Part shown: piece by piece, positions 17,869 through 27,796 of the stretch
Numbering within the stretch: the first letter of the stretch is position 1
How the letters are laid out: each line of letters opens with the position of its first letter
From: a virus
Lineage: Duplodnaviria; Caudoviricetes
DNA length: 51,812 bases
IMG/VR virus record: IMGVR_UViG_3300029171_000011
Location: 1 to 51,812 of that record
Strand: one strand, 5' to 3'
The notes under the pieces: generated by a model
Databases searched by the model: none
What the model was told of the DNA's origin: nothing
What the model saw: the letters and a program-made list of their open reading frames with translations, nothing else
Program-made: the position numbers and the translations under genes

Positions 17869-18320
17869 CAACGCACATGGAGAGAGGGGGAGCGCGCCAA
17901 AGGGCTGCGGGGAAATTAGTTTGTCGCGCTGGAGGTCGGCACGAATTAGGTCAAAGGTTTTTGTAGTCCCGGACGGGATTGCGATTATCGAGTAACCCTG
18001 TTCGGTAGCCCGGCACAAAATGCGGATCGGAAGTATCCTGCCTGTTGGTTTCCGGTAGCTCAAAACAGGACGGCTAAGAGTACTCAAAGGCTCCCCCATA
18101 AGTGCGAAAGACGATGCCCGGCTTCGGTCACCGGGAGAATGCGTATGGCCTTGCCGATGCGTCGGTTCTTGGTGTTACTTTAGACCGAAGTAGCCTATCC
18201 CTAAACGTTGAGGCAAGCGCCACGCAGAAACAAGAATTGGGTTTTAGATTGTTTGTTAACTGATCCCCCGAACCCGGCCCTGCAAAGGTGTCCGGGGCGG
18301 TGGGGGTAAAAACGGGGAAC

Positions 18321-18578
18321 GTGAAAAAGAAACCGATGACGCTGGAAGAATTGCAAGATAAAATAAACAATGCTTCGTGGTACACAGTGCCGGAAGAAGT
18401 TTTGTTTAATTACCGCAACGCTGAAAGCAAAGAGCAGACGGCAGAACGGGTGCGGTTGTTCCGGGAGCAAATGCAAGCAAGTCGCAAAGCCGAAACCACC
18501 CTTTCCGGCACCCCGAAGCCAGTTCGGTTTCCGTTCCGGTTTGAAAACATTGAAGAGGCACAAATTGAAACCGCATGA
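18321..18578 (+). CDS. Hypothetical protein
   Basis: ORF ATGA-coupled to next gene; start GTG 18321 or ATG 18336. Confidence 0.55.
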   Translation: MKKKPMTLEELQDKINNASWYTVPEEVLFNYRNAESKEQTAERVRLFREQMQASRKAETTLSGTPKPVRFPFRFENIEEAQIETA

Positions 18579-19090
18579 GCAGCAATGTAATGTCAGTCGC
18601 AGAGTGGCGCAAGACCACCGAAAAGAAAGCCGCCAAGCTCACGCCCAAAGCGCGGGTGCAACAACCGTACAAGGATCAGTCAAAGTACTGGACGCGCATA
18701 GCGCTTGATCCGGGAACCAACACCGGCGTTTGCCTGTACCGGGAAGACAAAATACAAGTAATTGAAACGATGCCGATCCACAAGGCGCTGGAAGCCGTAA
18801 AAACGTGGATGGATTTATACGGGGCCGATGATATTCTTGTCCGCTTTGAAGACGCCCGCCTGCGTACCTGGTACGGCTCCGATAAGCACGGGGAAAAGAA
18901 GAAAGGCGCGGGGAGCGTGGAGCGGGACTGTGCCATCTGGCAGGGCTTTTTAGACGATCTCGGAGTGGATTACGACCGGGTACACCCCCGTGACGTAAAG
19001 GCCACAACGGCGGAACAATTCCAAAAGATTACGGGATATTCCGGCAGGACTTCAATACACGCCCGTGAAGCGGCGTGGATGGTGATATGA
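18575..19090 (+). CDS. RuvC-like Holliday junction resolvase
   Basis: IALDPGTNTG, RFEDAR, HAREAA RNase H-fold catalytic pattern. Confidence 0.8.
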   Translation: MSSNVMSVAEWRKTTEKKAAKLTPKARVQQPYKDQSKYWTRIALDPGTNTGVCLYREDKIQVIETMPIHKALEAVKTWMDLYGADDILVRFEDARLRTWYGSDKHGEKKKGAGSVERDCAIWQGFLDDLGVDYDRVHPRDVKATTAEQFQKITGYSGRTSIHAREAAWMVI

Positions 19091-19269
19091 GAGCAAGATA
19101 TTCCGCTGCCGCGTTTCAGGTTATTTTCCTTGCCCTCGTTTTGGGTTGGATCAGACTTGTTGACTTACTCCCCGTCCCGGAGTGCTACCAAGTGATAATA
19201 TTTTTCTTAGTCCCGGCAGTTTGCGCGTTTGCATGGCCGCGAAAAACGGAAAAAGAATCCAAAGCCTAA
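19087..19269 (+). CDS. Small two-TM membrane protein
   Basis: 60 aa, two hydrophobic segments, ATGA coupled. Confidence 0.6.
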   Translation: MRARYSAAAFQVIFLALVLGWIRLVDLLPVPECYQVIIFFLVPAVCAFAWPRKTEKESKA

Positions 19270-19788
19270 ATGCCCGCCCCCTTCCACATAACGAAACTGG
19301 ACACCGGCAAAATGTCGGACACGTCTCGCGAAATCTTCCGGGAACAGTTCGCCGTGTTGGAGCCGGGGCAATACTTCGTGCAGTTCAAAACCCACAAAAC
19401 CGCCCGCTTCACCGCAACCCGGTACAAGTGGTGGTTTGATTGCGTTCTCGGTTTAGCGCTGCCAAAAGTCCGTAACCATTTCGGAATGGCAGACCGGCAC
19501 GGACAAATCACGTACCCGGACACGGTGGAACAACTGCACCACATCCTGAAAATCGTTTACAACCCCGTCACAATCGTAACGGCGGACGGGACGGGAATCA
19601 GAACGGTAGGGCAAAGCACAACGGGGATGCCCGACAAGGATTTTATTGCCGAATTTTGTGAACAAATTATAGCCGACTTCTCCGGCCCCCCTTATTACGC
19701 TTTCCCGGACACCGGCTGCCCGGATCGGGAAGAGTGGGCGGATATGTACAACACGGGGGAGTGGCACCAATTCAAACAGAAAAAATAA
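19270..19788 (+). CDS. NinB-like recombination protein
   Basis: EQLHHILK...QSTTGMPDKDFIAEFCEQI resembles NinB/Orf. Confidence 0.6.
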   Translation: MPAPFHITKLDTGKMSDTSREIFREQFAVLEPGQYFVQFKTHKTARFTATRYKWWFDCVLGLALPKVRNHFGMADRHGQITYPDTVEQLHHILKIVYNPVTIVTADGTGIRTVGQSTTGMPDKDFIAEFCEQIIADFSGPPYYAFPDTGCPDREEWADMYNTGEWHQFKQKK

Positions 19789-19795
19789 CAGACAG

Positions 19796-20548
19796 ATGGC
19801 TGAAAAATCAAACATTCAATGGACAGACGCAACTTGGAACGTTGCCGTCGGATGCAGTAAGGTTGATGAAGACTGCAAATTTTGTTACATGTACCGAGAA
19901 AGCATGAATAATACCCGGTACGATCCTAAAGTGGTGAGGAAAACAAAAACGGTTTTCAACTTACCGCTCAAGCTAAAAGAGCCGTCAAAAATATTCACAT
20001 CTTCTCTAACTGACTTTTTCCACCCGGAAATTGATGCGTTCAGGAATGAGGCATGGGATATTATACGCAGATGCCCGGAACATACTTTCCAAATCCTTAC
20101 CAAGCGCCCTGAAAGAATAGCTGAATGCCTGCCTCTCGATTGGGGTGATGGATGGGATAATGTTTGGCTTGGAACATCGGTAGGGAGTAACAAAGGCAGA
20201 CACAGGATTGAGCAACTTGTCGAGGTGCCTGCAAAAATCCGGTTCGTTTCTTTTGAACCGCTTTGGGAGGAGGTGGATTTGAACTTTGATGTTTCAACGC
20301 TCATAAAAATTGATTGGGCGATCATTGGCGGGGAAAGTGGAAATGAAACAGGCAAATATCGCTACCGTCCCTGTAAACTGGAATGGATTGAAAGTATGGC
20401 GACCGAGCTATATACTTGCGGGACAAGTATCTTTATCAAGCAGCTTGGAACACACTTAGCAAAGGAAATGGGTATGAAAGACCGGCATGGGGGAAATATC
20501 GAGGAATGGCCATTCCATTTACAGGTCAGAAACTTTCCAAAGATATGA
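19796..20548 (+). CDS. DUF5131 / Gp37Gp68-family radical-SAM-like protein
   Basis: IQWTDATWN..GCSKVDEDCKFCY, FQILTKRPER, NVWLGTSV, SFEPL, IDWAIIGGESG. Confidence 0.9.
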   Translation: MAEKSNIQWTDATWNVAVGCSKVDEDCKFCYMYRESMNNTRYDPKVVRKTKTVFNLPLKLKEPSKIFTSSLTDFFHPEIDAFRNEAWDIIRRCPEHTFQILTKRPERIAECLPLDWGDGWDNVWLGTSVGSNKGRHRIEQLVEVPAKIRFVSFEPLWEEVDLNFDVSTLIKIDWAIIGGESGNETGKYRYRPCKLEWIESMATELYTCGTSIFIKQLGTHLAKEMGMKDRHGGNIEEWPFHLQVRNFPKI

Positions 20549-20874
20549 GCAACCGCATCATCTCCGCCACAATCGAATGTGCCGGAAAAAGAACCCGCTA
20601 CCCCACCGCCGGGAACCTCGAACACACTAAGCGTATCGGCGCGGAACTCTTGCGCAGGTCGGGCGAAATTATTATCTTTGAGGACGGCGCACCCGTGGCG
20701 GCATTCCTGCCAACCGCGTTCTTTGTACCCGAACCAGGGAAGACAGGCATGTGGTGGAAAGGAACGCACAAATGGAAGCCCGCAACGCTTTGCATCACGT
20801 CGCTAACCGACGGAGGAGACAAGGTACACGGAAGCGGGGCCTCCGTAACAGAGCCAGTAAAATACAAATTTTAA
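20545..20874 (+). CDS. Hypothetical protein
   Basis: 109 aa, ATGA coupled. Confidence 0.55.
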   Translation: MSNRIISATIECAGKRTRYPTAGNLEHTKRIGAELLRRSGEIIIFEDGAPVAAFLPTAFFVPEPGKTGMWWKGTHKWKPATLCITSLTDGGDKVHGSGASVTEPVKYKF

Positions 20875-21120
20875 ATGGAAAAAGTGCAAGTACACGAACA
20901 CCCGATCCCGGACAGGTGGGTGATCGGCACCCTGCAAGAACACGGCGGGGTGGACGTTTTCATCAAGCGCCGGGGAACCGGGGCATATATAGTTACTCTT
21001 GCCGGGAACGTGATGGACGCCGGAACCGGACAGTTCAAGAACTGGCAGGAGTTAGTGACGGCGGATGTTTATGGAAGCATGTACGCCGCGTTCGAGGCGT
21101 TCCAAAAGTTTTACCAATGA
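20875..21120 (+). CDS. Hypothetical protein
   Basis: 81-aa ORF abutting its neighbours. Confidence 0.6.
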   Translation: MEKVQVHEHPIPDRWVIGTLQEHGGVDVFIKRRGTGAYIVTLAGNVMDAGTGQFKNWQELVTADVYGSMYAAFEAFQKFYQ

Positions 21121-21605
21121 CCGACCTATTCAACACAACCAGTTCAGGCAGCGAGTTTTCAGAGTGTCGAAAGTACAGGTATGCGCTTTGGCGGATATGG
21201 GACTTATCGAAACCGCTTGTGATGTTTGTCGGGCTAAATCCGTCCACGGCCAACGAAACCACCAATGACCCCACAATCAGAAGTGTAATTCGCATAGCAA
21301 AGGCGAACGGGTACGGAGGGGTGTATATGATGAACTGCTTCCCGCTTGTCACCCCCTATCCGGGAGAACTTGAATTAAGCGGGGATATGGAGTTTAATGA
21401 CTACCGTCTTAAAAAAGTAGCCCGCCTTTGCAATGCAGTTATTTTTGCGTGGGGAACGTTTTCTGTTGTGAAAGAGCAGGGCCGGGATCGGGCTTTAACT
21501 GAAATGTTCCCGAATGCCTACGCCCTTGCAATCAACAAAAACGGAAGCCCGAAGCACCCGCTTTACTGCAAAACAGATACAACTTTCGTAAAATGGAATC
21601 TATGA
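21117..21605 (+). CDS. DUF1643-family protein
   Basis: FSECRKYRYALWRIW, FVGLNPSTA, DPTI, AWG, PKHPLY. Confidence 0.88.
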   Translation: MTDLFNTTSSGSEFSECRKYRYALWRIWDLSKPLVMFVGLNPSTANETTNDPTIRSVIRIAKANGYGGVYMMNCFPLVTPYPGELELSGDMEFNDYRLKKVARLCNAVIFAWGTFSVVKEQGRDRALTEMFPNAYALAINKNGSPKHPLYCKTDTTFVKWNL

Positions 21606-21907
21606 CCGACCTACACCACCTCCCCGCCTCCGAACTTTGCGCCCTTGCCGAAAAGTGGCTGAAGCGCCTAAAGGCAAGCAAGGGCCGGGACTTGCCATTA
21701 AGATTCTTCCCGACGAAAGAACCTGAAACTATGCCCGACCCGTTGGACGTGTTCCGGGAATTGGTGGAGCGGGTGAAGGCAAAGTACTCTGTTTTAGAGT
21801 TCGCTGAATGGCTTGCCGATAACCACGCGGGGTTTGCGATTCCAGACATGGTTCTGCAAAAATATTTGAAATCAAAACAGTCTGGCGATGTGGTGGAGAA
21901 CAGGTAA
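21602..21907 (+). CDS. Hypothetical protein
   Basis: 101 aa, ATGA coupled. Confidence 0.6.
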   Translation: MTDLHHLPASELCALAEKWLKRLKASKGRDLPLRFFPTKEPETMPDPLDVFRELVERVKAKYSVLEFAEWLADNHAGFAIPDMVLQKYLKSKQSGDVVENR

Positions 21908-22412
21908 CGACACCCCCGCCCCGCAATGGGTCTACGTCTGCATTCAGTTCCCGTTTATCTTCCTGTGCAAGATCGGGATCGGCGGGAACTGGATTCGCCG
22001 CACTATGGACATATCGAAATCAAGCCCCGGTTTCCTGATCCCCGTGTTCCTTGTTTACATTCCACTTGCTTACCAGATTGAGCAGTGGCTGCACCGAAGC
22101 CTGCGCCGGCTTAATATCGGGTTTCGGGGGTCAGGCCGGACGGAATACTTTTTAGTTATTGCGGCTTTATTTGCAATCCCCGTCCTTGCCCTTGTGGCCT
22201 TCCCCCTTTACCTTGCCCTGCTTCATGCGGCGGTCTATATCGTTTGCGGGGAGATCGTCGCGCAGAACGCTTTAAAATGGATCATTGCACACCCGCTTGC
22301 TACCGTGTACTTGATTGCAATGTGCAAGGTCATGGTGATTGCGGGGCAGGTGGTGATGTACCGGGGGCGGGTTTCGAGTCGAAGGTTTGCAAGATTCGCG
22401 GGGAAAGCGTAA
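21888..22412 (+). CDS. GIY-YIG/T5orf172-like domain fused to TM helices
   Basis: WVY...KIGI...IEQWLH...GRTEYF followed by hydrophobic helices. Confidence 0.55.
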   Translation: MWWRTGNDTPAPQWVYVCIQFPFIFLCKIGIGGNWIRRTMDISKSSPGFLIPVFLVYIPLAYQIEQWLHRSLRRLNIGFRGSGRTEYFLVIAALFAIPVLALVAFPLYLALLHAAVYIVCGEIVAQNALKWIIAHPLATVYLIAMCKVMVIAGQVVMYRGRVSSRRFARFAGKA

Positions 22413-22436
22413 CTTTGATGTCAAAAGCGACAGATA

Positions 22437-22991
22437 ATGCCGAAACTTTCCGATAAATACGAAGCGTTTTGCCAAGAGTATGTAAAAGACATGAACATCA
22501 TACAGGCAATGATCCGCGCCGGGTATGCCCAAAAATACGCCCACCGGCAAGGGTATAAAGTGTTGGCAAAAGTTGGCATTCAGGAACGCATAACACAACT
22601 TCAAGCCACCGCCGCCAAGCGCAACGAAATCACCATTGACCGCATTATTGCCGAATACGCCACTATCGCATTCCTTGACCCGTCCCGAATCTTTGACGAT
22701 GACGGGAATTGCCTGCCACTCGATCAGATAGACAAGGCAAGCCGCCGCGCCATTGCCCGCATCGTTACGCAGGAGATCGGAAGCGGGGATAATAAGGTAG
22801 GGGAAATAAAGCAGGCGATCACATACGACAAGATCAAGGCGCTCGACAGCCTTTGCCGGGTGCTTGGTTTCAACGCCCCAATCAAGCAGGAACACGCCGG
22901 GAAAGACGGCCAACCCCTCCCCGGCACCGTGTCTGTAACTATCCTTACCTCCACCCCTCCGATAACATCAGAGGATGACATTACAGAATAA
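22437..22991 (+). CDS. terS: Terminase small subunit
   Basis: FCQEYVKDMNIIQAMIRAGY, IAFLDP, DKIKALDSL; directly upstream of TerL; TAACTTTG at 22410. Confidence 0.92.
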   Translation: MPKLSDKYEAFCQEYVKDMNIIQAMIRAGYAQKYAHRQGYKVLAKVGIQERITQLQATAAKRNEITIDRIIAEYATIAFLDPSRIFDDDGNCLPLDQIDKASRRAIARIVTQEIGSGDNKVGEIKQAITYDKIKALDSLCRVLGFNAPIKQEHAGKDGQPLPGTVSVTILTSTPPITSEDDITE

Positions 22992-24153
22992 ACCAATAGC
23001 ATTCAGCACCACCCCCGTTTTTCAGTGGAATTACGAGGCCCAAAAGCGCGTGGTTGTCAACCAGGGGGGGAGTAGCAGCGGGAAAACGTATAGCATCTTG
23101 CAAGTGCTGTTGCTTCGCCTAATCGAAAAGCCCAACCAAGTCTGCACCGTAGTCGGTCAAGACATTCCAAACCTGAAAAAAGGGGCGCTACGGGACATTG
23201 AGCGCATCTTTGCCGACTGTCCCGACCTTGCCCGCTTCGTTGTTTCGCATAACAAGTCAGACCGAACCTATACCTTCCTGAACGGGTCGGTGATGGAGTT
23301 CACGTCCTACCAGGACGAGCAGGACGCCAAGAGCGGAAAGCGGGATTACCTTTTTGTAAACGAGGCCAACGGGGTAGCGTGGGAAGTTTATAACCAGCTT
23401 GCCATGCGTACCTCCACCCAAATATTTATAGATTACAACCCCACCGCCGCGTTTTGGGCGCATACCCGCTTGCTTGGTCAACCTGACGCCGTGTTTCTTT
23501 ATTCCCGCTACACGCACAACCCCTTCGCGCATCCGGCCATCGTTGCGCATATCGAAGCGTACAAGCAAAACGACCCGGAAAGCTGGCGCGTGTACGGGCT
23601 TGGAAAGACGGGCGCAATACAGGGGCTTGTATTCCCGTCCGTTACCATTGTCCCCGAACTTCCCGCGCACTACCGAAAGCGGGCCTATGGGTTGGACTTT
23701 GGTTTCAACCACCCCACCGCCGGGGCGCTGGTTCAGGAAACGGAGGGCGAACTATACCTGCATGAATTGATGTACGCATACGAGCAGTCAAACAAGCAGA
23801 TAGCCGAAGCGCTCAAAGCATCCGGGGTGGCGGGTAGTGTGGTATGGTGCGACAGTGCCGAACCTCGAACGATTGCCGAACTTCGGGCGCTTGGTATCAA
23901 TGCGATGGGGGCGAAGAAGGGGCCGGATAGCATTACGGCGGGGATAAAGTTGATGAAGGCGTTCAAGCGCATCAATATTACGGCAGACAGCACGAATGCC
24001 CGCAAAGAGCAGCAGAATTATAAGTACAAGCAGACAAAGGACGGGGTGTATTTAGACGAGCCGGTAGACAGCTTTAATCACTACTTCGACGCGGCACGTT
24101 ATAGTACTGTTATGACGTGGGGCAAGCTCAACACGCTCGACAACCTGCTTTAG
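22975..24153 (+). CDS. terL: Terminase large subunit, PBSX family
   Basis: QGGSSSGKT Walker A, FVNEAN Walker B, DYNP, GLDFGFNHP, CDSAEP, NHYFDAARY. Confidence 0.96.
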   Translation: MTLQNKPIAFSTTPVFQWNYEAQKRVVVNQGGSSSGKTYSILQVLLLRLIEKPNQVCTVVGQDIPNLKKGALRDIERIFADCPDLARFVVSHNKSDRTYTFLNGSVMEFTSYQDEQDAKSGKRDYLFVNEANGVAWEVYNQLAMRTSTQIFIDYNPTAAFWAHTRLLGQPDAVFLYSRYTHNPFAHPAIVAHIEAYKQNDPESWRVYGLGKTGAIQGLVFPSVTIVPELPAHYRKRAYGLDFGFNHPTAGALVQETEGELYLHELMYAYEQSNKQIAEALKASGVAGSVVWCDSAEPRTIAELRALGINAMGAKKGPDSITAGIKLMKAFKRINITADSTNARKEQQNYKYKQTKDGVYLDEPVDSFNHYFDAARYSTVMTWGKLNTLDNLL

Positions 24154-24282
24154 TTGTTCGTTTTACCTTGTAATACCCGGCGAACCGTTGCAGGTTGCGA
24201 CCTACCACAGTGTAAAGGCGGCAGAGCAGGACGCCGAAGCCCTGCACCCGTCCCCGCACTTTCGGGGTACGTTTTCCTAACC

Positions 24283-24349
24283 TTCGTCTATAAACTGCCT
24301 CGATTCGTCGAGTTTTGTTTGAGTTCGGGGCGGGGTTGGGGTATATTTG
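24283..24349 (+). promoter_or_regulatory. Boxed promoter P6
   Basis: TTCGTCTA (24283)/TTCGTCGA (24304), TATATTTG 24342; TTCGTCTATAAACTGCC shared with P2. Confidence 0.8.
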
Positions 24350-24384
24350 TAGGGTAATCAGTAAATAACTAAAAACTTAAAGAA

Positions 24385-24609
24385 ATGAAAAATGTAATTT
24401 CGGTAAAAGGTCGGTGGAACCGCAACGAGACAATCTCTTACACAGTTGCAATCGGCACCGCTGACTCGCAAAACGGCATTGCCTTTCAGGCAACCGAACG
24501 CCGCGAAGAGCAAACTACGCCGTCACCCGTAGAAGACGGCACAGAGCGAGAATATTTTCAAACTATGTTTGCCGGCCAAGCAGACGAAGTTTGGGTAAGC
24601 ATCATCTAA
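24385..24609 (+). CDS. Hypothetical protein
   Basis: 74 aa, first gene after P6. Confidence 0.65.
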   Translation: MKNVISVKGRWNRNETISYTVAIGTADSQNGIAFQATERREEQTTPSPVEDGTEREYFQTMFAGQADEVWVSII

Positions 24610-24650
24610 CCACCCTGCCCGGCCTCGCGCCGGGCGCAAACCTTACGACC

Positions 24651-24884
24651 ATGCCACAGACAAAATTACCTACCGTCGCCAATTTCGACGCGACGTTGAA
24701 GGCCGCCGGGTTCCGCATGTCCGGCAACGCCGGACACTACCACCTGCCATCTCATTGGGAGGCACTGCACTTGCGAGCAATGGCAAATTGGTTAGACATG
24801 CGTCATTCGTACGATTTACACGAAGTTTCCCGCGCTTGCGCCATGCAGTGCCTTTGCCTGTACGTTGAAAACTTTGCGGGATGA
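24651..24884 (+). CDS. Hypothetical protein
   Basis: 77 aa from ATG 24651. Confidence 0.55.
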   Translation: MPQTKLPTVANFDATLKAAGFRMSGNAGHYHLPSHWEALHLRAMANWLDMRHSYDLHEVSRACAMQCLCLYVENFAG

Positions 24885-25050
24885 AAAAACGCAGTAACCA
24901 CGGGCACCCGGTAGCCCGCGCAATTATCGGGGGAATGCTACTGTTAGCTGCCTTTTTAATGTGGCTTTCGGCATAAAAAAAAACGCAAGAGGGAGTATAT
25001 CGCTTTCCGCCCCCGGCTCGCAAGGTCGGGGGCTTTTAAAATTCAAGGAC

Positions 25051-25311
25051 ATGAAATTAACTATTCCAACCTGGCCAACGCAGCGGCATATTATTATCAA
25101 TGCCTCGATATTGCTATTGTTCTTTGCCACTGTCATTTTCTTAGCAATCACATTCACCGCCCCGGAAAACCGGAATGCTGGAACGCTTTTAATTAGCGAA
25201 ACCGCCCTTTGCAGTGACACTATTTCAGACGGAAGGCTTAATATAAATGGCACACTTGTTTCTATAACCGTCGAAAAAGGGAAGTGTGTATTTGTTACAA
25301 TTAAATGGTAA
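25051..25311 (+). CDS. Small membrane-anchored protein
   Basis: 86 aa with one long hydrophobic helix. Confidence 0.55.
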   Translation: MKLTIPTWPTQRHIIINASILLLFFATVIFLAITFTAPENRNAGTLLISETALCSDTISDGRLNINGTLVSITVEKGKCVFVTIKW

Positions 25312-25316
25312 TCGGA

Positions 25317-25694
25317 ATGAAAAGCAAATACGTTTACGTCGTTGGCGTCTACCCGCCCAACCACCCGGAACTTGCCGGGCAACCCGCGCCTATGCGCATC
25401 AAGCGAACCGAAGCCAAACGGGACGGGGCACAGTTTTGGGAGACGCGGGAGGAGTGCGCGGAGTGGTTATCGGCTGACATATTACGACAGCTAAAAGAAA
25501 AGTTTCCCGCTGGCACTAAGCAAGGCGATTTAGTCAGGCGGATTGAGGTTATTAGCCAAGAGGCAAAAGAAGTGGCACGCGGGATAAGTACAAACGATTG
25601 GGGTGTTGTAGAGCAGGCCATCATGCGCGTTGTTGCACACATTCGGGGACTTCAAACCCCTGGGTTTCCTGATGGTGGTTTTCATTCCACATAA
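25317..25694 (+). CDS. Hypothetical protein
   Basis: 125-aa ORF. Confidence 0.6.
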   Translation: MKSKYVYVVGVYPPNHPELAGQPAPMRIKRTEAKRDGAQFWETREECAEWLSADILRQLKEKFPAGTKQGDLVRRIEVISQEAKEVARGISTNDWGVVEQAIMRVVAHIRGLQTPGFPDGGFHST

Positions 25695-25725
25695 TTTCTT
25701 GTAACTTTGCAGGAAACAATGCCGC

Positions 25726-26871
25726 ATGATCCGCCCAAGCAATCCTTACAACACCGTCGCTTTCTACGCCACCGATGACGACCAGGCCCATCGGGGGTAC
25801 CTGCATTCCCCCGTCTCCGTCCTGCCCCCGTTCCAGTTTACGGTAGAGGACGATGGGGAAACGGTGGACACGTGGACACTGCGAAACGTGGACACCGGGG
25901 TAGAATCGTCTCAAACCGTCTCACAGATCGAAGTCGAAACCAGCGCGGCGCTTGACCGGGCATGGTTTACGTACAAGGGCGTGGCGCTCACCAATGCCCC
26001 CGTGCCGGGTATTTACCAGATCATTGTAACATTGAAAGGCGGGGCCATAATGCGCTCGCAGCGGATTTTTATGTCCCGCATCTTCGACACGTTCGCCACC
26101 CCGTCCCTATCATTCACAGATGGCGACTGCCTGACCGACCCGGAAGGGCTTGTCTTTTCCCTGCCTTTCGTCGCCACCTTCGGGGCATGGGGAACGGATC
26201 GGGTACTTTTGGACGTAAACGATACGGGTAATTTTATATTCATCGGAAACTTGTCAAACTTCTCCCTGACCAACACCCACCTCGGAACGGCGGGCGGCGC
26301 TGCAATCATCCGCATAGAAACAACTACTGTTCTTCCGAACGAACCGGGCGCGGTGAACCGCATCTACCGGGATTATACGTTCACATGGAGCGCGGGCTTT
26401 CCCTGCGACGGGGTACTAACGGCAAGCACGGCGGTAACGGAGTACGGGCAGGATATGTACGTCCTGACCTTCACTAACGCCACCGACTTGACCGACCTTA
26501 ACCTCATGTACCAAACAGGGTACGTGCAAAAGTTTTACTTTTTCGGTTACAGGATAGACCACACCCCCGTCATCGAAGAAGCGTTTGAAACGAACGGGGT
26601 TGGGACGCGTTTTTTAGCACAGGCAACCAACCGGGAAGCAGTCGGTTTTGACTTCTGGCCCATGCCCGGCTATGTGCAAGCGGTTTTGCAAGCGGGCGAC
26701 CAACACGGCACCGTAACCCTTTCCCGGATAGGTGGAACACCCGAAACGATCTACGAAGTGGACGTGGAAAGGAAGGATGTAGCGGGCGCAATATGCCCCG
26801 CCGGGGTGCTACGGTTTACGTCCGCGCCCGTAGCGGTGCAGGGGTGTGAAGCCGACTTTGATTTGGATTAA
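25726..26871 (+). CDS. Probable virion (tail/baseplate) protein
   Basis: 381 aa, acidic Thr/Gly/Val beta-rich composition like the other structural ORFs; own TAACTTTG at 25702 without boxes. Confidence 0.65.
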   Translation: MIRPSNPYNTVAFYATDDDQAHRGYLHSPVSVLPPFQFTVEDDGETVDTWTLRNVDTGVESSQTVSQIEVETSAALDRAWFTYKGVALTNAPVPGIYQIIVTLKGGAIMRSQRIFMSRIFDTFATPSLSFTDGDCLTDPEGLVFSLPFVATFGAWGTDRVLLDVNDTGNFIFIGNLSNFSLTNTHLGTAGGAAIIRIETTTVLPNEPGAVNRIYRDYTFTWSAGFPCDGVLTASTAVTEYGQDMYVLTFTNATDLTDLNLMYQTGYVQKFYFFGYRIDHTPVIEEAFETNGVGTRFLAQATNREAVGFDFWPMPGYVQAVLQAGDQHGTVTLSRIGGTPETIYEVDVERKDVAGAICPAGVLRFTSAPVAVQGCEADFDLD

Positions 26872-26897
26872 TAGTACTTTTGTTCATTTAATAATTT

Positions 26898-26927
26898 ACC
26901 CGCCGGGCTTACAGGTTCGGCGGGTTC
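26898..26927 (+). terminator. Probable intrinsic terminator
   Basis: ACCCGCCG...CGGCGGGT hairpin followed by TCTT. Confidence 0.5.
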
Positions 26928-26945
26928 TTAAAAGCATATAGAAAA

Positions 26946-27191
26946 ATGGCACTAAAACCCCGACACGACCCGACTTGCTTTGTCGGTGCGCTAAAGGTTT
27001 CCCGGCTCGTTACCGGCGTAATTACGGAAGTCACACCACACCGGGACGGGTGGCAGATCGAAGGGCTTTCTGATCAATACGGGCAATGGTGCCAGTTTTT
27101 CACTACGAACGCGAACACGGCAAACGTGAAGCCGGGGCAGCGGTTCGAGTTAGAGGGTAACACAATCAAAATATTTGCCCCCGTCGAATAA
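26946..27191 (+). CDS. Hypothetical protein
   Basis: 81-aa ORF. Confidence 0.55.
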   Translation: MALKPRHDPTCFVGALKVSRLVTGVITEVTPHRDGWQIEGLSDQYGQWCQFFTTNANTANVKPGQRFELEGNTIKIFAPVE

Positions 27192-27245
27192 TCCCGGCAC
27201 TTGGTCGGGTTTTCTTGCTTTCCGGGGGCTGGCGGGGTAACTTTG
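27180..27245 (+). promoter_or_regulatory. Boxed promoter P7
   Basis: CCCGTCGA (27180)/TTGGTCGG (27201), TAACTTTG 27238. Confidence 0.7.
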
Positions 27246-27260
27246 AAAGAAAAACAACTT

Positions 27261-27527
27261 ATGGCAAAGTACAGGTTTACTTTATCCCACGTCAATAGCG
27301 GGCAAGCATGGGCATCAGCGCCGGGCGAACTCGATCCGGAGGAAATGAAACAAGATATTGAATCGCTTAAAAACGCGGTAAGGGGTGGATTGGGTGCGTT
27401 AAAATTCGAGCAACTTCACGGCGGCATTGTTATTATTCCTGACGAAGTTTTACGCGGATGTGTTGTGTCTTTTTTTGAACACATCGAACCCGCCCCTCCC
27501 ACCGGGGCGCAAACAACGGAAGGATGA
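27261..27527 (+). CDS. Hypothetical protein
   Basis: 88 aa after P7; ends TTEG. Confidence 0.65.
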   Translation: MAKYRFTLSHVNSGQAWASAPGELDPEEMKQDIESLKNAVRGGLGALKFEQLHGGIVIIPDEVLRGCVVSFFEHIEPAPPTGAQTTEG

Positions 27528-27796
27528 GCGAGTATAAAAACAAATACCTACGGGTGCAGGAAAAGACAAGCAAGCGCGTTGTATTGCGCATGGACGTGTC
27601 ACACCTTAGCAAAAGAGGCCGGGGCCGGGAGTGGGATATACTCGATGGGCAGTACCCGCCAAGCAAGTACATAACTTGCTATGAGACTTCGCAGATGGAA
27701 CTACATGTATTTATGCCCGCGCCCGTCACAAGCCAATCAGACGTGAAGCAGTACAAGGTGGAATGGTTTCAGGAAGCTAAAACAACGGAAGGATGA
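27524..27796 (+). CDS. Hypothetical protein flanked by 17-bp direct repeats
   Basis: 90 aa, ends TTEG; AAACAACGGAAGGATGA at 27511 and 27780. Confidence 0.65.
   Translation: MSEYKNKYLRVQEKTSKRVVLRMDVSHLSKRGRGREWDILDGQYPPSKYITCYETSQMELHVFMPAPVTSQSDVKQYKVEWFQEAKTTEG

Noticed and set aside
17538-17966. 142-aa ORF over the tRNA cluster
   Set aside because: Overlaps the canonical tRNA-Ser and other structured RNAs; no protein-like features
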